From NCBI GenBank assembly GCA_036172245.1, contig JAYWIR010000011.1, forward strand, positions 3,596,001 through 3,660,000: a stretch of DNA of 64,000 nt, in the 5' to 3' direction. Of the stretch, positions 36,101-45,559 are shown piece by piece. This DNA comes from Raillietiella orientalis (lineage: Eukaryota). Under the pieces are notes generated by a model, which was not told the DNA's origin, did not search any database, and saw only the letters and a program-made list of their open reading frames with translations. The number at the start of each line of letters is the position of its first letter. The stretch's first letter is position 1. Made by a program: the position numbers and the translations under genes.

Positions 36101-38984
36101 AGTTGCCACGCAACGTCTGAATCGTGAGGCACCGTTACACCAACCTCGTCCATCCTCGTTTCAGAACTGAACATCATAAAAAGCCATGCGGTGTACCAGC
36201 AGATCCTACGCATAGGTTCCGATCACCGGTGCACCAAACTGATAGAGACAGCAATCCCGTCCAATGCAGCCAACTTTCAAAAGACATCTTTTTATGCGAT
36301 TACCTTCGATGACTTTCTGTTTTTCTTGCGAAACGAGCAGAAGGAGACCATTTCTCAGAAAACGGCGAAGAACCTCATTCGGGTAACCTAACAGTTCTCA
36401 TCCTGTTCCCACCGTTGCCTCCTTCGGACGCAGAGGTTCGAACCGGACCTCGAGCTCAAGAGAGAGAACTGCCTGTCGTTTGAAGGATTCTCCAACTTCA
36501 TGTTGGATAGAATCAACCTGGCCAGTGCGACACAGGAAAGCAGCATCCCAGAGGAAGACATGGACCACCCGCTGTCCTGCTATTACATCGCAACGTCCCA
36601 CAACACCTACCTCACGGGCTACCAGATCAAAGGATACTCTTCCGTGGAGATGTACAAACAGGTCTCTCCCTCGAATCCTAGCCCACTCTGCTTCTGAGAG
36701 GGTGGTTGCGTAGGCCTTCTGACTCTCTTTCACACTGCTCTTATCTCTTGAAGGTTTTGCTCTCTGGGTGCCGCTGCGTGGAGCTGGACTGCTGGGACGG
36801 AGACGACGGTGTTCCGGTCATTCGTCACGGCCACACCTTCAGCACCAAGATCTCTTTCACGTCGGTCATAGAGGCCATTTCCGGTAGCGCCTTCAAGGTT
36901 TCGTCGTTCCCGGTGATCCTCAGCATCGAAAACCACTGCTCCTTGCAGCAGCAGATTAAAATGGCCGACGTTTTCCAGGTTGATGGATGCAGTTTCTGGA
37001 TAGCGGAAATCATTTTTTTTCCTTCTTTCTTTTTCTATGGGGTCTTCTTGCCTTGCATTCCAGAGCGTGTTTGGAGACTCTTTGGTATCCACGTTTTTGG
37101 TGGAAACGGACTTCAGCTCCTGCCCGTGTCTTCCTTCTCCGAACAAGCTGAAGGGGAAGATACTGATAAAGAACAAAAAGATCAATGTCGACGTTCCTCC
37201 TTCCATATGGATCAAGACGGAATTCTGCGCCCAGCAGCAATCGTACCTGAAGTGCGAAGCGTCCCTCGAGGAAGAGGATTACCTTGATGAGGTGGAGGAT
37301 GGCGATGAGTACCCCAGCGAAGCCATCTCGGAGGGTATGGCTTTTCCGCTTCCGGTTCTTTGCGGAAGGTTATTGAGGAAAGTGATCTTCCTTGAGCGCT
37401 TGCACTCCGCTTGAGGCCGTCCTCCGTAAAGCGCGTTGGCCGCAGCAGCTTCCCTCTGGAGGGTTTCAACAAAAATTCAAGTGGCACGGAATCTCTTTTC
37501 AAAGTCACGGATATTCTGTCTTCCCTTGGAATGGAACGCGCGGCTCAAAGAGGAATGGGTTCTTTTTGAATGCGCATTCGTGCCTCCTTCCGACCTTAGT
37601 CCACATCTTTAGGTCTTTCCTCCCGGTTTGCGTCCTTGGATCTCATGCTGGGTTCCCTTCGTTTCGCTTTCCGTGTTGTTCCCGACCTTTCCATGAGATT
37701 CTTAGATAAACAGCAATGCAAACCGGAAAATGTATTTGCAGTGCACGAAAACGCAGCCGATGGGAAGGCCAAAATCATCGCCTTGGATTATTCCCCATCC
37801 AAGAGTGCTGTGTACAAGGACGAATCAATTCAACTCACCCCGAAATCGAAAAAGGGTTCCCAGCTGATCGCTCCGGAACTCTCCAAACTCGTGACCTATG
37901 TCCAAGCGGTCAAGTACGCCGGAGTCCACTTTTCATCTCCGACTTCTTGCAAGCAAGTCAAGAAGCTTTCAAAGAAGGCGCATCCAACAGGTTGCCAGTT
38001 CTTCGAGAGCAACATCAGCCTCGATTCCAAGACGAAGAGCTCAGTCAATCACTCCTGCTACCAGTGCATTTCCATAAACGAGACCACAGCTAAGAAAATC
38101 ATGCGCAAGTACCCCATGAGTTTGATCAAACACACGGAAACCCAGCTCGTCAGAGTGTATCCTGCTGCATACAGGATAGATTCCAGCAATATGAATCCTG
38201 TTCTGTACTGGTCCAACGGTGTACAAATGGTAGCAATTAACTACCAGACAGAGGACTTGGGCCACTACCTGTGCACCGCTCTGTTCGAGCTGAAGAAATC
38301 AACGGGGTATGTTCTCAAACCACGAATCCTGTGGGACAAGGAAAACCCTCTCTACCAAAAGTTCAACCCTTCGAACAAAATGCACCAAAATCTAAATTCC
38401 ACAGTGGTGATCTTGCGCATCCTCTCAGGGCAAAACGTGACTCCTCGAAATACTCTAGGATGCCCGTTCGTGGAAGTGGAAATCGTAGGCATACCTTCCG
38501 ACAGCTACAAATACAAAACGAAATGCATCGTCAGAAATGGGATGAATCCCATTTGGAACGAGACTTTTACTTTCATCATCTACTTGTTCGAATTATCTTT
38601 CATACGGTTCGCCGTGACGGATTCGAGCACTGGACAGATCACAGCTCAAAGAGTCATATTGACAAAGCACCTGAAATCAGGATACCGACATCTCCGGCTG
38701 TGCAATTCTCTTAACCAGTCTTTGCCTAACTCTTCGCTCTTCGTGCAAACGAAACTCGAAGAATGCACTCCCCGGAGCAATGCAACAGACCCATCCAGCC
38801 TTGCATCTGTAACAGGGTCTTGCGATGGTCAGCTCCCTAAGAATATGTCCGACGAAAAGCTGTTTTCTGTGAGGAAACTGAAGAAGGGCATATTCTGTTC
38901 AGGTATTTGGTGGTTCAGCACTTTTAAGAGCATCTCATATCCTAATTGGCTGCTTCCTCTCATCCAGATACCTCCTGTGAATGA
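1..38984 (+). CDS. PLCE1: Phospholipase C epsilon-like gene, 5'-partial, 27 exons, at least 2,288 aa: helical N-terminus, FERM F2/F3, RasGEF, PH, EF, PLC-X, PLC-Y, C2
   Basis: Hand-spliced GT-AG exons keep phase throughout: 1-167, 1119-1345, 1410-1573, 1636-1741, 9677-9824, 9874-10120, 14474-15354, 15740-15883, 18256-18432, 19161-19310, 21062-21160, 28406-28592, 28890-29125, 31406-31551, 32326-32554, 33458-33624, 33721-33859, 33907-34572, 35039-35214, 35314-35442, 35550-35677, 36165-36382, 36434-36661, 36754-36978, 37064-37334, 37706-38902, 38968-38984. PLC motifs [29 protein letters not shown] and VAINYQ are intact. The CDC25 domain preceding PH is diagnostic of PLC-epsilon. Confidence 0.88.
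1119..1345 (+). CDS. PLCE1: PLC-epsilon-like exon 2
   Basis: Acceptor [20 protein letters not shown]...GTHK; the donor (GTACCG, phase 2) is weak, so the 3' boundary is uncertain. Confidence 0.7.
1410..1573 (+). CDS. PLCE1: PLC-epsilon-like exon 3
   Basis: Acceptor [34 protein letters not shown]...; phase-1 donor after 1573, with an alternative after 1561. Confidence 0.6.
1636..1741 (+). CDS. PLCE1: PLC-epsilon-like exon 4
   Basis: TTCTTTTGCAG acceptor; [18 protein letters not shown]...WWCLPSR; GTATGG donor, phase 2, matches the exon at 9677. Confidence 0.72.
2150..2805 (+). mobile_element. tRNA-derived SINE family copy
   Basis: Degenerate tRNA-like head (TTGTGGCACC...GAGTTCGGATTTC) and a body shared with the copies at 6790, 21650, 43060, 49930 and 55340. 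Confidence 0.65.
3964..4148. repeat. ~185-bp near-identical dispersed repeat, copy 1
   Basis: Matches 11818-12000 with one substitution and one 2-nt indel seen. Confidence 0.9.
4852..4958 (+). pseudogene. Decayed duplicate of PLC-epsilon-like exon 4
   Basis: Aligns end to end with 1636-1741; acceptor AG changed to GG, 1-nt insertion near the 5' end, donor CG|GTACGC retained. Confidence 0.85.
5996..7360 (+). pseudogene. CaMKI: Processed (intronless) CaMKI pseudogene, interrupted by a SINE
   Basis: Translates with stops and frameshifts as PLFS...[13 protein letters not shown]...[11 protein letters not shown]...[14 protein letters not shown]...YRDFRLEN...[23 protein letters not shown]...[11 protein letters not shown]...[12 protein letters not shown]...WDDI // CVDVNKR...EKNFA...KQVF, colinear with CaMKI and without introns. 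Confidence 0.88.
6780..7185 (+). mobile_element. tRNA-derived SINE (3'-truncated) inside the CaMKI pseudogene
   Basis: Aligns to 21650-22050; splits the kinase sequence between WDDI and CVDV. Confidence 0.75.
7500..9550 (-). mobile_element. Highly degenerate DNA transposon, tentatively a KDZ/Zisupton-like transposase
   Basis: Minus-strand fragments [19 protein letters not shown]...[24 protein letters not shown] and GGGTERTLF occur in the order of KDZ motifs; palindromes lie at the 9444-9546 end. Confidence 0.3.
9677..9824 (+). CDS. PLCE1: PLC-epsilon-like exon 5
   Basis: Pyrimidine tract plus [23 protein letters not shown]...CNNDP; GTGAGC donor, then a 49-nt intron. Confidence 0.8.
9874..10120 (+). 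CDS. PLCE1: PLC-epsilon-like exon 6
   Basis: TTTTTCAG acceptor; [11 protein letters not shown]...[13 protein letters not shown]...[17 protein letters not shown] donor, phase 1. Confidence 0.82.
10581..10908. repeat. Two-copy ~160-bp tandem repeat (C/A-rich)
   Basis: AAAGCAACTCACAATAGGTTATCTGATCCACAGAACTCTCGA...CCACGCTCCCAGT starts at 10581 and again at 10741. Confidence 0.9.
11818..12000. repeat. ~185-bp near-identical dispersed repeat, copy 2
   Basis: Direct repeat of 3964-4148. Confidence 0.9.
12100..12800 (+). mobile_element. Penelope-like retroelement relic (RT C-terminus to GIY-YIG linker)
   Basis: [14 protein letters not shown]...RAFVRNGY...[12 protein letters not shown]...VRAILS...EDK...NEVMQF parallels the Penelope pattern RA..IC...F..NGY...PY..G.S..I...L...KD...NVVY. 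Confidence 0.5.
12850..14250 (-). mobile_element. Probable LINE AP-endonuclease fragment
   Basis: [13 protein letters not shown]...QRGKVLRTF resembles the APE motif RGVAIL...GRxL; degenerate. Confidence 0.3.
14474..15354 (+). CDS. PLCE1: PLC-epsilon-like exon 7 (large, GC-rich, mostly low complexity; ends at the start of FERM F2)
   Basis: TTTCTCCTTTCAG acceptor in phase 1, 881-nt open frame, CAG|GTGAGG donor in phase 0; ends DDVSLPFVQ. Confidence 0.7.
15740..15883 (+). CDS. PLCE1: PLC-epsilon-like exon 8 (FERM F2, N-terminal part)
   Basis: [29 protein letters not shown] resembles FERM central helices; CCTTTCAG acceptor and AAG|GTCTGC donor. Confidence 0.72.
16960..17600 (+). pseudogene. Degenerate P-loop NTPase (NACHT/STAND-like) fragment, copy A
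   Basis: EPASG(K)S-like motif at 17004-17023 and frameshifted VIVF/FDKLD at 17197-17221; the 3' part is homologous to 20280-20630. Confidence 0.4.
18256..18432 (+). CDS. PLCE1: PLC-epsilon-like exon 9 (FERM F2)
   Basis: ...[21 protein letters not shown], compared with talin LKDFLPKEY; donor GTGAGA, phase 0. Confidence 0.7.
19161..19310 (+). CDS. PLCE1: PLC-epsilon-like exon 10 (FERM F2/F3 junction)
   Basis: [24 protein letters not shown], compared with talin AKVRYVKLARSLKTYGVSFFLVKE; donor GTAAGC. Confidence 0.82.
20000..20630 (+). pseudogene. Degenerate P-loop NTPase (NACHT/STAND-like) fragment, copy B
   Basis: GLGKTTLA at 20029-20052; FQTHW.VP..RTKF, DAFD..IARFP.LR, PYD..PQ and KTFLRG are shared with copy A. 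Confidence 0.42.
21062..21160 (+). CDS. PLCE1: PLC-epsilon-like exon 11 (FERM F3)
   Basis: Strong pyrimidine tract; [25 protein letters not shown], compared with talin RLLGITKECVMRVDEKTKE; CAG|GTAAGC donor. Confidence 0.82.
21650..22240 (+). mobile_element. tRNA-derived SINE copy
   Basis: B-box GGGTTCGAATCCC near 21707-21719, a second B-box-like motif near 21758, and the shared family body. Confidence 0.75.
22520..23450 (-). mobile_element. piggyBac transposase relic
   Basis: Minus-strand [35 protein letters not shown] / frameshifted GG.LDTM and [11 protein letters not shown] occur in piggyBac order. Confidence 0.55.
26150..28270 (+). mobile_element. Tc1/IS630-like transposase fragments (about 26150-26400 and 28080-28270)
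   Basis: [10 protein letters not shown]...TTVC...NGRMVNAER and [14 protein letters not shown]...[18 protein letters not shown] resemble Tc1-like DDE segments. Confidence 0.4.
28406..28592 (+). CDS. PLCE1: PLC-epsilon-like exon 12 (end of FERM F3)
   Basis: [22 protein letters not shown]... begins with the Trp expected after exon 11; donor GTGAGG, phase 1. Confidence 0.8.
28890..29125 (+). CDS. PLCE1: PLC-epsilon-like exon 13 (start of RasGEF/CDC25)
   Basis: [16 protein letters not shown]...LIRRFLE resembles PLC-epsilon LHFPEEVA...RFNE; donor GTAAGT. Confidence 0.88.
31406..31551 (+). CDS. PLCE1: PLC-epsilon-like exon 14 (RasGEF core)
   Basis: [10 protein letters not shown]...[16 protein letters not shown] matches the PLC-epsilon pattern VSSWVT...GNYNAVMEFLAGL. 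Confidence 0.9.
32326..32554 (+). CDS. PLCE1: PLC-epsilon-like exon 15 (RasGEF)
   Basis: SKKLNSFWK...[11 protein letters not shown] (CDC25 IPFxG motif); donor GTAAGC. Confidence 0.88.
33458..33624 (+). CDS. PLCE1: PLC-epsilon-like exon 16 (RasGEF C-terminal part)
   Basis: In-phase open frame ...[22 protein letters not shown]...; donor GTAAAG. Confidence 0.78.
33721..33859 (+). CDS. PLCE1: PLC-epsilon-like exon 17 (Cys-rich linker)
   Basis: TATTTTAG acceptor in phase 2; ...[22 protein letters not shown]...; followed by a 47-nt intron. Confidence 0.72.
33907..34572 (+). CDS. PLCE1: PLC-epsilon-like exon 18 (PH domain)
   Basis: [12 protein letters not shown]...[16 protein letters not shown]...EGFLDL...YG...DNR...WLKDLY matches the PLC-epsilon PH region. 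Confidence 0.92.
35039..35677 (+). CDS. PLCE1: PLC-epsilon-like exons 19-21 (35039-35214, 35314-35442, 35550-35677; linker and EF-hand)
   Basis: Phase-consistent; [25 protein letters not shown] resembles PLC-epsilon LSFVEFVELFKSFS..RKDLKDLF. Confidence 0.8.
36165..37334 (+). CDS. PLCE1: PLC-epsilon-like exons 22-25 (36165-36382, 36434-36661, 36754-36978, 37064-37334; EF-hand and catalytic X domain)
   Basis: [82 protein letters not shown]. Confidence 0.96.
37706..38902 (+). CDS. PLCE1: PLC-epsilon-like exon 26 (catalytic Y domain and C2)
   Basis: [74 protein letters not shown]. Confidence 0.96.
38968..38984 (+). CDS. PLCE1: PLC-epsilon-like terminal exon (DTSCE-stop)
   Basis: 65-nt intron (GTATTT...CCTAAT...CATCCAG), TGA at 38982-38984. 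If the intron is retained, the frame stops at 39027 instead. Confidence 0.55.
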
Positions 38985-39392
38985 CAAGAACTTGGGAAGC
39001 GATCCGTGGTTCTTGACACTTGAGTGAGAAAGCGATGATCCTAGGCAGAGCTCAACAGGACGCTTCAAAGACTTTCAGCAGCACTATGGTCATCATGGTT
39101 CTCAGAGAGATGACGGCGATGAGAGCCTTCCGAAGTGTAAGAAGCGCGACCGCATGTGCAGACCGATTGGAGGCGATTCCGCCCACCCCTATGCTACACC
39201 CGGAGGCAGTCGCGCCACAGTTTGGCAAAGGGGAAGCTTGGATTTAAGATCGTGAAAAACAGCCTTCCTCTAACATTTCCATTGGTATACTTACAAAGCT
39301 GTGGGAAGACATTGTGCACCGGAATTTAGAAACACGAATTTTATATGAATACAGTGAGAAGAGACGTTTTAATCTGTATTTTGGAAACTAGA

Positions 39393-39398
39393 AATAAA
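39393..39398 (+). promoter_or_regulatory. Putative polyadenylation signal of the PLC-epsilon-like gene
   Basis: AATAAA about 410 nt after the stop, in AT-rich sequence just before TE debris. Confidence 0.4.
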
Positions 39399-39469
39399 TT
39401 CTATATTTATTGAAGAAAGCTTTCGGTCCTCTTCCTTCTTAGGCAACGCTTCCCAATTGGTTCCAATGG

Positions 39470-40110
39470 TTTTCCGCCATTCGTAAGCAGACGTTTGTCG
39501 CGTTCTTAGAAGGACGTGTGAATCTTGGGTCTGTGATTCCGTGCCATTTTGCCAGGGAAGCTGATCGCGCAGCGTACCTCCCTTGCCAACAGCAGTGTGG
39601 GCGCGCGTTTTCGTGAAGAACAATTCCTGACCTCGGATCTGAGTGGCACGCCGCAGTTTTGAAAGTGTCTCACAGTGGACTTGCGAAGTGACGGTTGTTC
39701 CAGGCTCCATAAAGTCCACCAGAAGCGCACCTTTTTGGTCCCACACACTGCTGCAGTCCGCCCATGCCAGACAGTTCCGAAATTCGAATGGGAACCTTTC
39801 GATCACTCACTTCACAGTATTGACCTCTGACCCAGTGACTACCACGTCTTCCTGCAGAAGCGGCTCAACGATTCGAGGGGGGAAGTGAGGAGTTGACAGC
39901 TGCAGTGCTGGATGGACTGGCTGAACTCCCAGGCGGCGGGATTTCATGCAGGGAGTTTTAAAAAGCGTCTTCCGAGGCATCAAAAATGTTAGGAGAAGAA
40001 TGGTGACTACGTGGAAAAATGACATAAGGATGAACCACGAATACATTTTTGTTTCTCTTCTTTGTTCTTTCTTTATATCCGATTCGCCCTTTTGAAATGC
40101 GCCTCGTAAG
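39470..40110. mobile_element. Rearranged mariner transposase relic
   Basis: Minus: VWDQKGALLVDFMEPGTTV...CETLSKLRRA...AHTA. Plus: FEWEPFDHS..SIDL*PSDYHVF...WLNSQAA...KC*EKNGDYVEK*. A TIR-like end ...GCGCCTCGTA lies near 40109. Confidence 0.85.
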
Positions 40111-40799
40111 TCATCTGCTATTTTCACTTGATTCATGGTTCCGTGATGAAATTTAAATCGATGATGATTAATGATGAAAACGAATGCACTTCGGCTACGC
40201 TCATGTGTGGGATCCTTCCGAAACCCTGAAGACCCTAATCTCTCCACGTAAGAAACGAAATGTAACTATCTGATAGACATTAGAAACCATTCCGCGCTTG
40301 CATGATGGTCCAGATTCTGTTACAACTACAAAAATATCTTCTGACATATACGTACTCGGGAATTCAAGCATGATGGCTCTCTCGAAGTCAGTTTTGCCCG
40401 AGAAGGATCTCTTTTCCGTGCTAAGTGAGCTGAATGCTGGTCCCTAGCTTTGTGGAATAAGCATCAAGATCTGGTATTTTCTTACACGTGGAACGCTCAT
40501 TAGCGGCTGCGGCTCATTAGGAACTCTCGAACGTCCAGGCAAGTCTGGAGGATTAGGTGGAAAGGCTGCTCCCCGAGCCATGGATTGCAGAATCCACTTC
40601 TCTATTCTCTTTCCGGTCGGTTTTTTCCGGTCTTCAGTTTCGCTTTTTGGAAACCAGAAAATGGATTTTCGTGGAGCGTGAAGATGAGACCGTTAAGCGA
40701 GCCAAACTCCTAAGAAAATGCATCAATTCACGAGGACATCTGGAAAGTTTTCCACCTGGTCACGTCGGGGCGTTTATTTTATGAAGATAAATCAGTTGA

Positions 40800-43700
40800 G
40801 AACACGCTGGCTCCCAGAGGAAGACAAAAGAAGTTGAGAGAGAAAGACTACCGACACAACCAGAAGTTTGGAACGGGAGAGGGGAGGCGGGGACAACAAG
40901 CCAAAAAAATAAGGAAATCCGGGACAAGGGTCTTTGGGTTTGCTCCGTATACACGAGGTCAATGTAGAAAAAAACCGGGAAAGGTACAGAGCGAAAGGGA
41001 GTGAGGAATGAGAATAGAAACAAAATTAAAAGGGAGTCTAGGGACAAGGGTCACCGGCGTCCGCCAATCCTTCATTTCAAAACCGACGCTGGACGCTGGT
41101 GGTTTTCTCCTTTACTTCCTCTTGGAGTTAAGACCACCTTGCAGCCATCCTCATGTAGGCGGCTGCCTTCCCGGTGACCTTCGTTCCGTCTCGTCTCCAG
41201 CATGCGGCGGGCCGTGACCATGGCGCGGACGCAACCCATCACTGAGAGATCGCGGAGCCCGTACGGGCGGTGCCTTCCTGGTCCAGCAGGGCTGTCTGTC
41301 CTTAGCCGTCGCCTTAGGGCACCGCAGTCGCAGAGCAGGTGCGGGATCGACTCCGCCGATCCGTACCTGGAACAGTTCGGGGATGCGATTCCTGCGGAAA
41401 CTCGGTGCCGCCGCTCGTTGCACTGGAATCCGCAGTGGAGGAAAAGCACCACGGTCTGTTTCCAGGAAAGGGATAGCACAGAAGCGTCCAGGCGTTGGGA
41501 AGAAGCCACAGGTTCCTCGGGGTCAACACGCAGAAGTTGACGACAACGAAGTAGTCCCGTCACCACGTTGCACGCATCCAGCAACTCGCGCACCTTCCAG
41601 CCGCCAAGGAGCTTCGTTTTTCTCGCGACGGTGCAGAAAAACTACCACCTCGCCGGTAGGCTGCACTCTTTGCTTGCCCTGAGGGAAACCAACGCTGCAG
41701 CGAGGGGTGTGGAGGCGAGGGTCGACTGCCTTGTCGTGTCCTGCATCACCACTTCCAAAGGTTGTGGTAGCAGATGTCGCAGGGGGCAAGGTTTCTCGGA
41801 CATCTGGAAAGTAGGGAATGCTCAACCCTCATTTCCGCTGAAGAGTGGAACTGCGGATTTCTATCGCCTCTTCTCACATTTGCGTACGAACCGATTTAAT
41901 TCTAGTCGGGAAACATCCTTCATGAAACAGGGTTTATTTACATCGGAGTTTCTTTGGGAGAGCAAGTCATGGTTGATTTTCCTCAGGACTTTGATTCGAA
42001 GAGCGAACGGGGGTTTTCTGGTCCGCCCTATTGAAATTTTGTCTTGCTTCCAGACCCTTCCAGACCAGTATTGGCCCTTGACTGAATTGGGCTTTGGGCT
42101 TTGGAGACTTTTGTTTTTCATTTATCGATTGACATGGGATGCAGTAGGGAACAAGGTGATTAATCATGGACACTTGTGGAACCTCTACTTCAAGGGGATT
42201 GATCAATTTTCTGTCTCTGATTCAGCCGCGGTTTCATTCGGCAATCACTAGATGAAGTTGCTTGAACTTCGTGCGACAGACTCGTTCAAGGAAGCACAGT
42301 CGCCTTCGTCCTGTAGCAAGTGACCATGGCGCTTGGGAAAGATGGCAGACAAAAGAGCCTTGCATTAGTAATTACGGCTTCAGGATCTCAGGGGGAGATC
42401 CGATCCACACTCCCCGAAATTTCGCCAGTACTCTGGGTGCTGCTGAGATGTTCTGCTCACCCCTGTGAAATCTGGACTTATTCCAGCATCTCGCTTTCTG
42501 GATCTCACCACTAGGACCCCGAGACGTTAGCTTTTTCTGTGGGAAGTGCGGTGCCAGACTTTCTCTTTTTTCTCCTTCTTCAATCCTTTAAAACACGGAG
42601 ATGTGTCCAGAAGGGAAGAACGACCTCGAGCGTAATCTTCAGATCCTTGCATGATAGAGCTAGACTGGAGGCAAGCAACTCCCAGCGGCAGTCATCCTTT
42701 TCAGCTTGTCAGCCAGCTCTGTGTACCGTTTGATGATTGCGAAGGAACTGTATATGCAGCGTTTGATCACGTGCTTTGGAGACTCCTCCTAAACAAGCAC
42801 CTATGCCAAGTAGACAGTCGGCATTGTCTCCGACAGCATTGGCTCTTGCAGGCATCAGGTTCAATCGGGCTTCGTGCACGGGTCGGCAATCCGCGAGCCA
42901 CCCGTGGACTCGATTGAGATTGTTTCCGTCGTCGGGTCTGGATTCTGTACTGTCACCAGTACGATGGAAACCCTTTTGAATTCTGTTCTATCTTCGCTGT
43001 TTTCCTTTCAGCTTTTTTTGGGGTCCGCTGAGTACCTCAAGAACTGTCGCGTGCCTGGCAGTGGTTCACACAGCTCTTTGACGTTGTCCCACGCCTCCCG
43101 AGGGTGTGTACGATTCTTCGAGATAAGAAGTACCTCTGGAGGAAACCACCTTATGAATCCAGGAAGGACTCCGTAGAAGGGAGTCCGTTCCTCTCACGCC
43201 TAGGGAAAGATTTCCGAAGGAAACACCTCCACCCTGGTTGTCTACGGAGGAAACCCGCAAGAGAACCGCTGCCGTTTACTCTGGAGAGAATCCCGAAGGG
43301 ATGCTTCCCAATTTCTCTGAAGAGCGCTCTTGAAGGGAGCTTCATGCTTCTTTACGCACTCTGGAGTGGTACCACACCCATACTCCACAGTAGGAGATGG
43401 ATGGTCCCCACCGAAGGGGGGTCCGCTAATTTGAACAACCGGAGGGGAACTATCCGCTCCTTGATTCTGCTTCTTGGAAGAACCTGGAGGTCGACTTCCA
43501 ATCCCGCCCACTCATCGGCAGTTCAATTTTCGGTTTGAACCGCTACCAGTGCCTCATCCGAATGAATAGAGGTCAACCAGCGTCATCTTGCAGGAGGAAC
43601 TTGGAACCCACGATGAACTTCGTCGATTTCTTTCGGAGTATTCGATCCTGCGAGGCTTGGTGCCACGAGCGGAGCCTGTAGCCACACGGCCGCCAGAGCA

Positions 43701-45420
43701 CGTGGTTTCCGAAACATACAAATCGACCACTGACCGTGGCTGTCGCGTATCTTCCCAACTCGCCCTCCAAGGGCTCCATCTATTTTTTCTTCCTACACCG
43801 CTGCACCAAGGGTTAATCCGAAAAGATCCTTGACCTCCGGATACGATGATGATGACAGCTTGAAGCAATCTTTCATTGAGAAGTTGTCGGTCTCCTTCGG
43901 AAGGCTTGAGAGATCAAAGCATCCTCTTTACCGATCTACGTATCAGCGCTTGGCTCCCTCCCCCGCTCGGCAAGCTCAGGTATTTCCTGATGTCCTGAAA
44001 GTTCACTCAACCTCCGCAAACACCCCCACTTTTCGGTAATGGACATGGCTAGGAAACGAGGATCTTTCCGTCCTCACGGCTAGTCCACACCCTCTTCTAC
44101 GGAGATGGAAGGGCCAGAAATGTTGACCGTCTTATACAGCAGCTGTTTGAAGTCTTCAGTACGCTCAGACCTTCTGGTTTCACTAGGTACTTATGGACCT
44201 GGTTCATTTCGGTCTAATAGATGTTTTTTCTTTTCCCTACTCCATCGTGGGTGGAATCTTCCTGCAGCGGCTCTCTAGAGTTGTTGATAATTTACTCTGG
44301 TTGATGGTGGGTCTGGCTTCACTGAAAGAGTTGTCACGAACGTCAAGAAAGGTACTTAACCTCTCTTTTGAATCAATGCGTAGAACAAAGATGATCGTCT
44401 GCTCACCTTTAGAGCACTCTTCCTGTTTACGGCGGAGGGACTCGACGGTCAACTTGAATAGAAGAGAACTCTTGGCTGTCATCCTTATCTGACCTGCTCC
44501 CAATATTCGTGTGTTTTTCGTGAAATACCACTCCGGCAGTGTGGAGGTGAAGGTTTTGGGTGCAGAAGTCCTTGACAGTAGAGGCGAAAGTCCCCGACAC
44601 TCCCGCTCTCTGTCGAGACATGGCAAAGTTCATGCGGGACTGCTCCAAAGACGTTTCCAAAGCGAACGTCTTTCAAGGATCTACTTTCTTCGTCCTGTTT
44701 CGTTTGCCGAGCAGAGTTCTCCTATGTCAACACTCCATCAAAGTAGTAAACTTCTCTTCGTTGCAGAGAGATGATCTCAATGTCGATGAGCCTCCAAAAG
44801 AGCTTGGAATTGAATACGCAGATTCTCAATGGAGTACGCGAGGTCCAACGAGAAACCGAGGCAGTGACCTTCAAAATCCTCCTTCGTGTCATATGAGACT
44901 GGCTCTTCTGCAAGAATGCGGTTCCAAGACGCTGATTCGCCTCTCTGTTCTTGAAAAGTGGACGTCTGTATTCGTAGTCTGTCTTGTCCATTATTTCCTC
45001 TGGGATCCAGATCTCCGATGGCGCTTCCTTCAGTTAGCTGAAACTGTGATCTTCAGTTTTCCCAAATGAAGGATGAAAGTTGCCTTGAATGACTCTTCCT
45101 CTCCAGCAATCGCTTTTCTCATCTCCTTTAGCTTTCGGAAGACGACTGATCCCAGGGTAGCTGTCAGAGTGCCTTTCATGGCGGACAGCTTAACTTTTTG
45201 CTGCAAGAATAGACCTCATCCCCTATTGGTACGACCTGTCGGAAATTCATTTCCGATAGTTTTCCTGGACCATGAAGCTCATCCCGCTCTCCTGGAGATA
45301 AGATCGACAGAAATCTGTTCACGCGTCTTTTTTTTGGCATGGGGAAAAAAAAAGTGTGCCCAGCGAAATTTTATGTGCTTTCTTCACGCTCGAGAGTGAC
45401 TTGAGAGCTGGCGAGTAACA
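40800..45420 (-). mobile_element. Degenerate L1/Tx1-like LINE (APE, RT, Zn knuckle, 3' UTR) with a nested SINE
   Basis: VIQGNF (GDFN-like) near 45080, RT-like remnants near 42600-42850, CSRYGSAESIPHLLCDC at about 41320-41375, and a 3' end related to 45560-46215. Confidence 0.65.
43060..43720 (-). mobile_element. tRNA-derived SINE copy inside the LINE
   Basis: Reverse complement begins TGGCGGCCGTGTGGCTAC...GTGGCACC...GATCGAATACTCC and continues into the family body. Confidence 0.7.
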
Positions 45421-45559
45421 CTCTTCCACAACACAGGAAATGACGTCCACGTTTGCTAAGGCAACGCGTTTCACTCACGGTTTGCAGCCACATCCACGTC
45501 CATCGAGCCCGCTGTCACAGATTCTTGGTACTCTTTCCACCACGAGCGATCATTCCATG

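Noticed and set aside
41568..42251. 227-aa plus-strand ORF
   Set aside because: Antisense shadow of a degenerate LINE ORF2.
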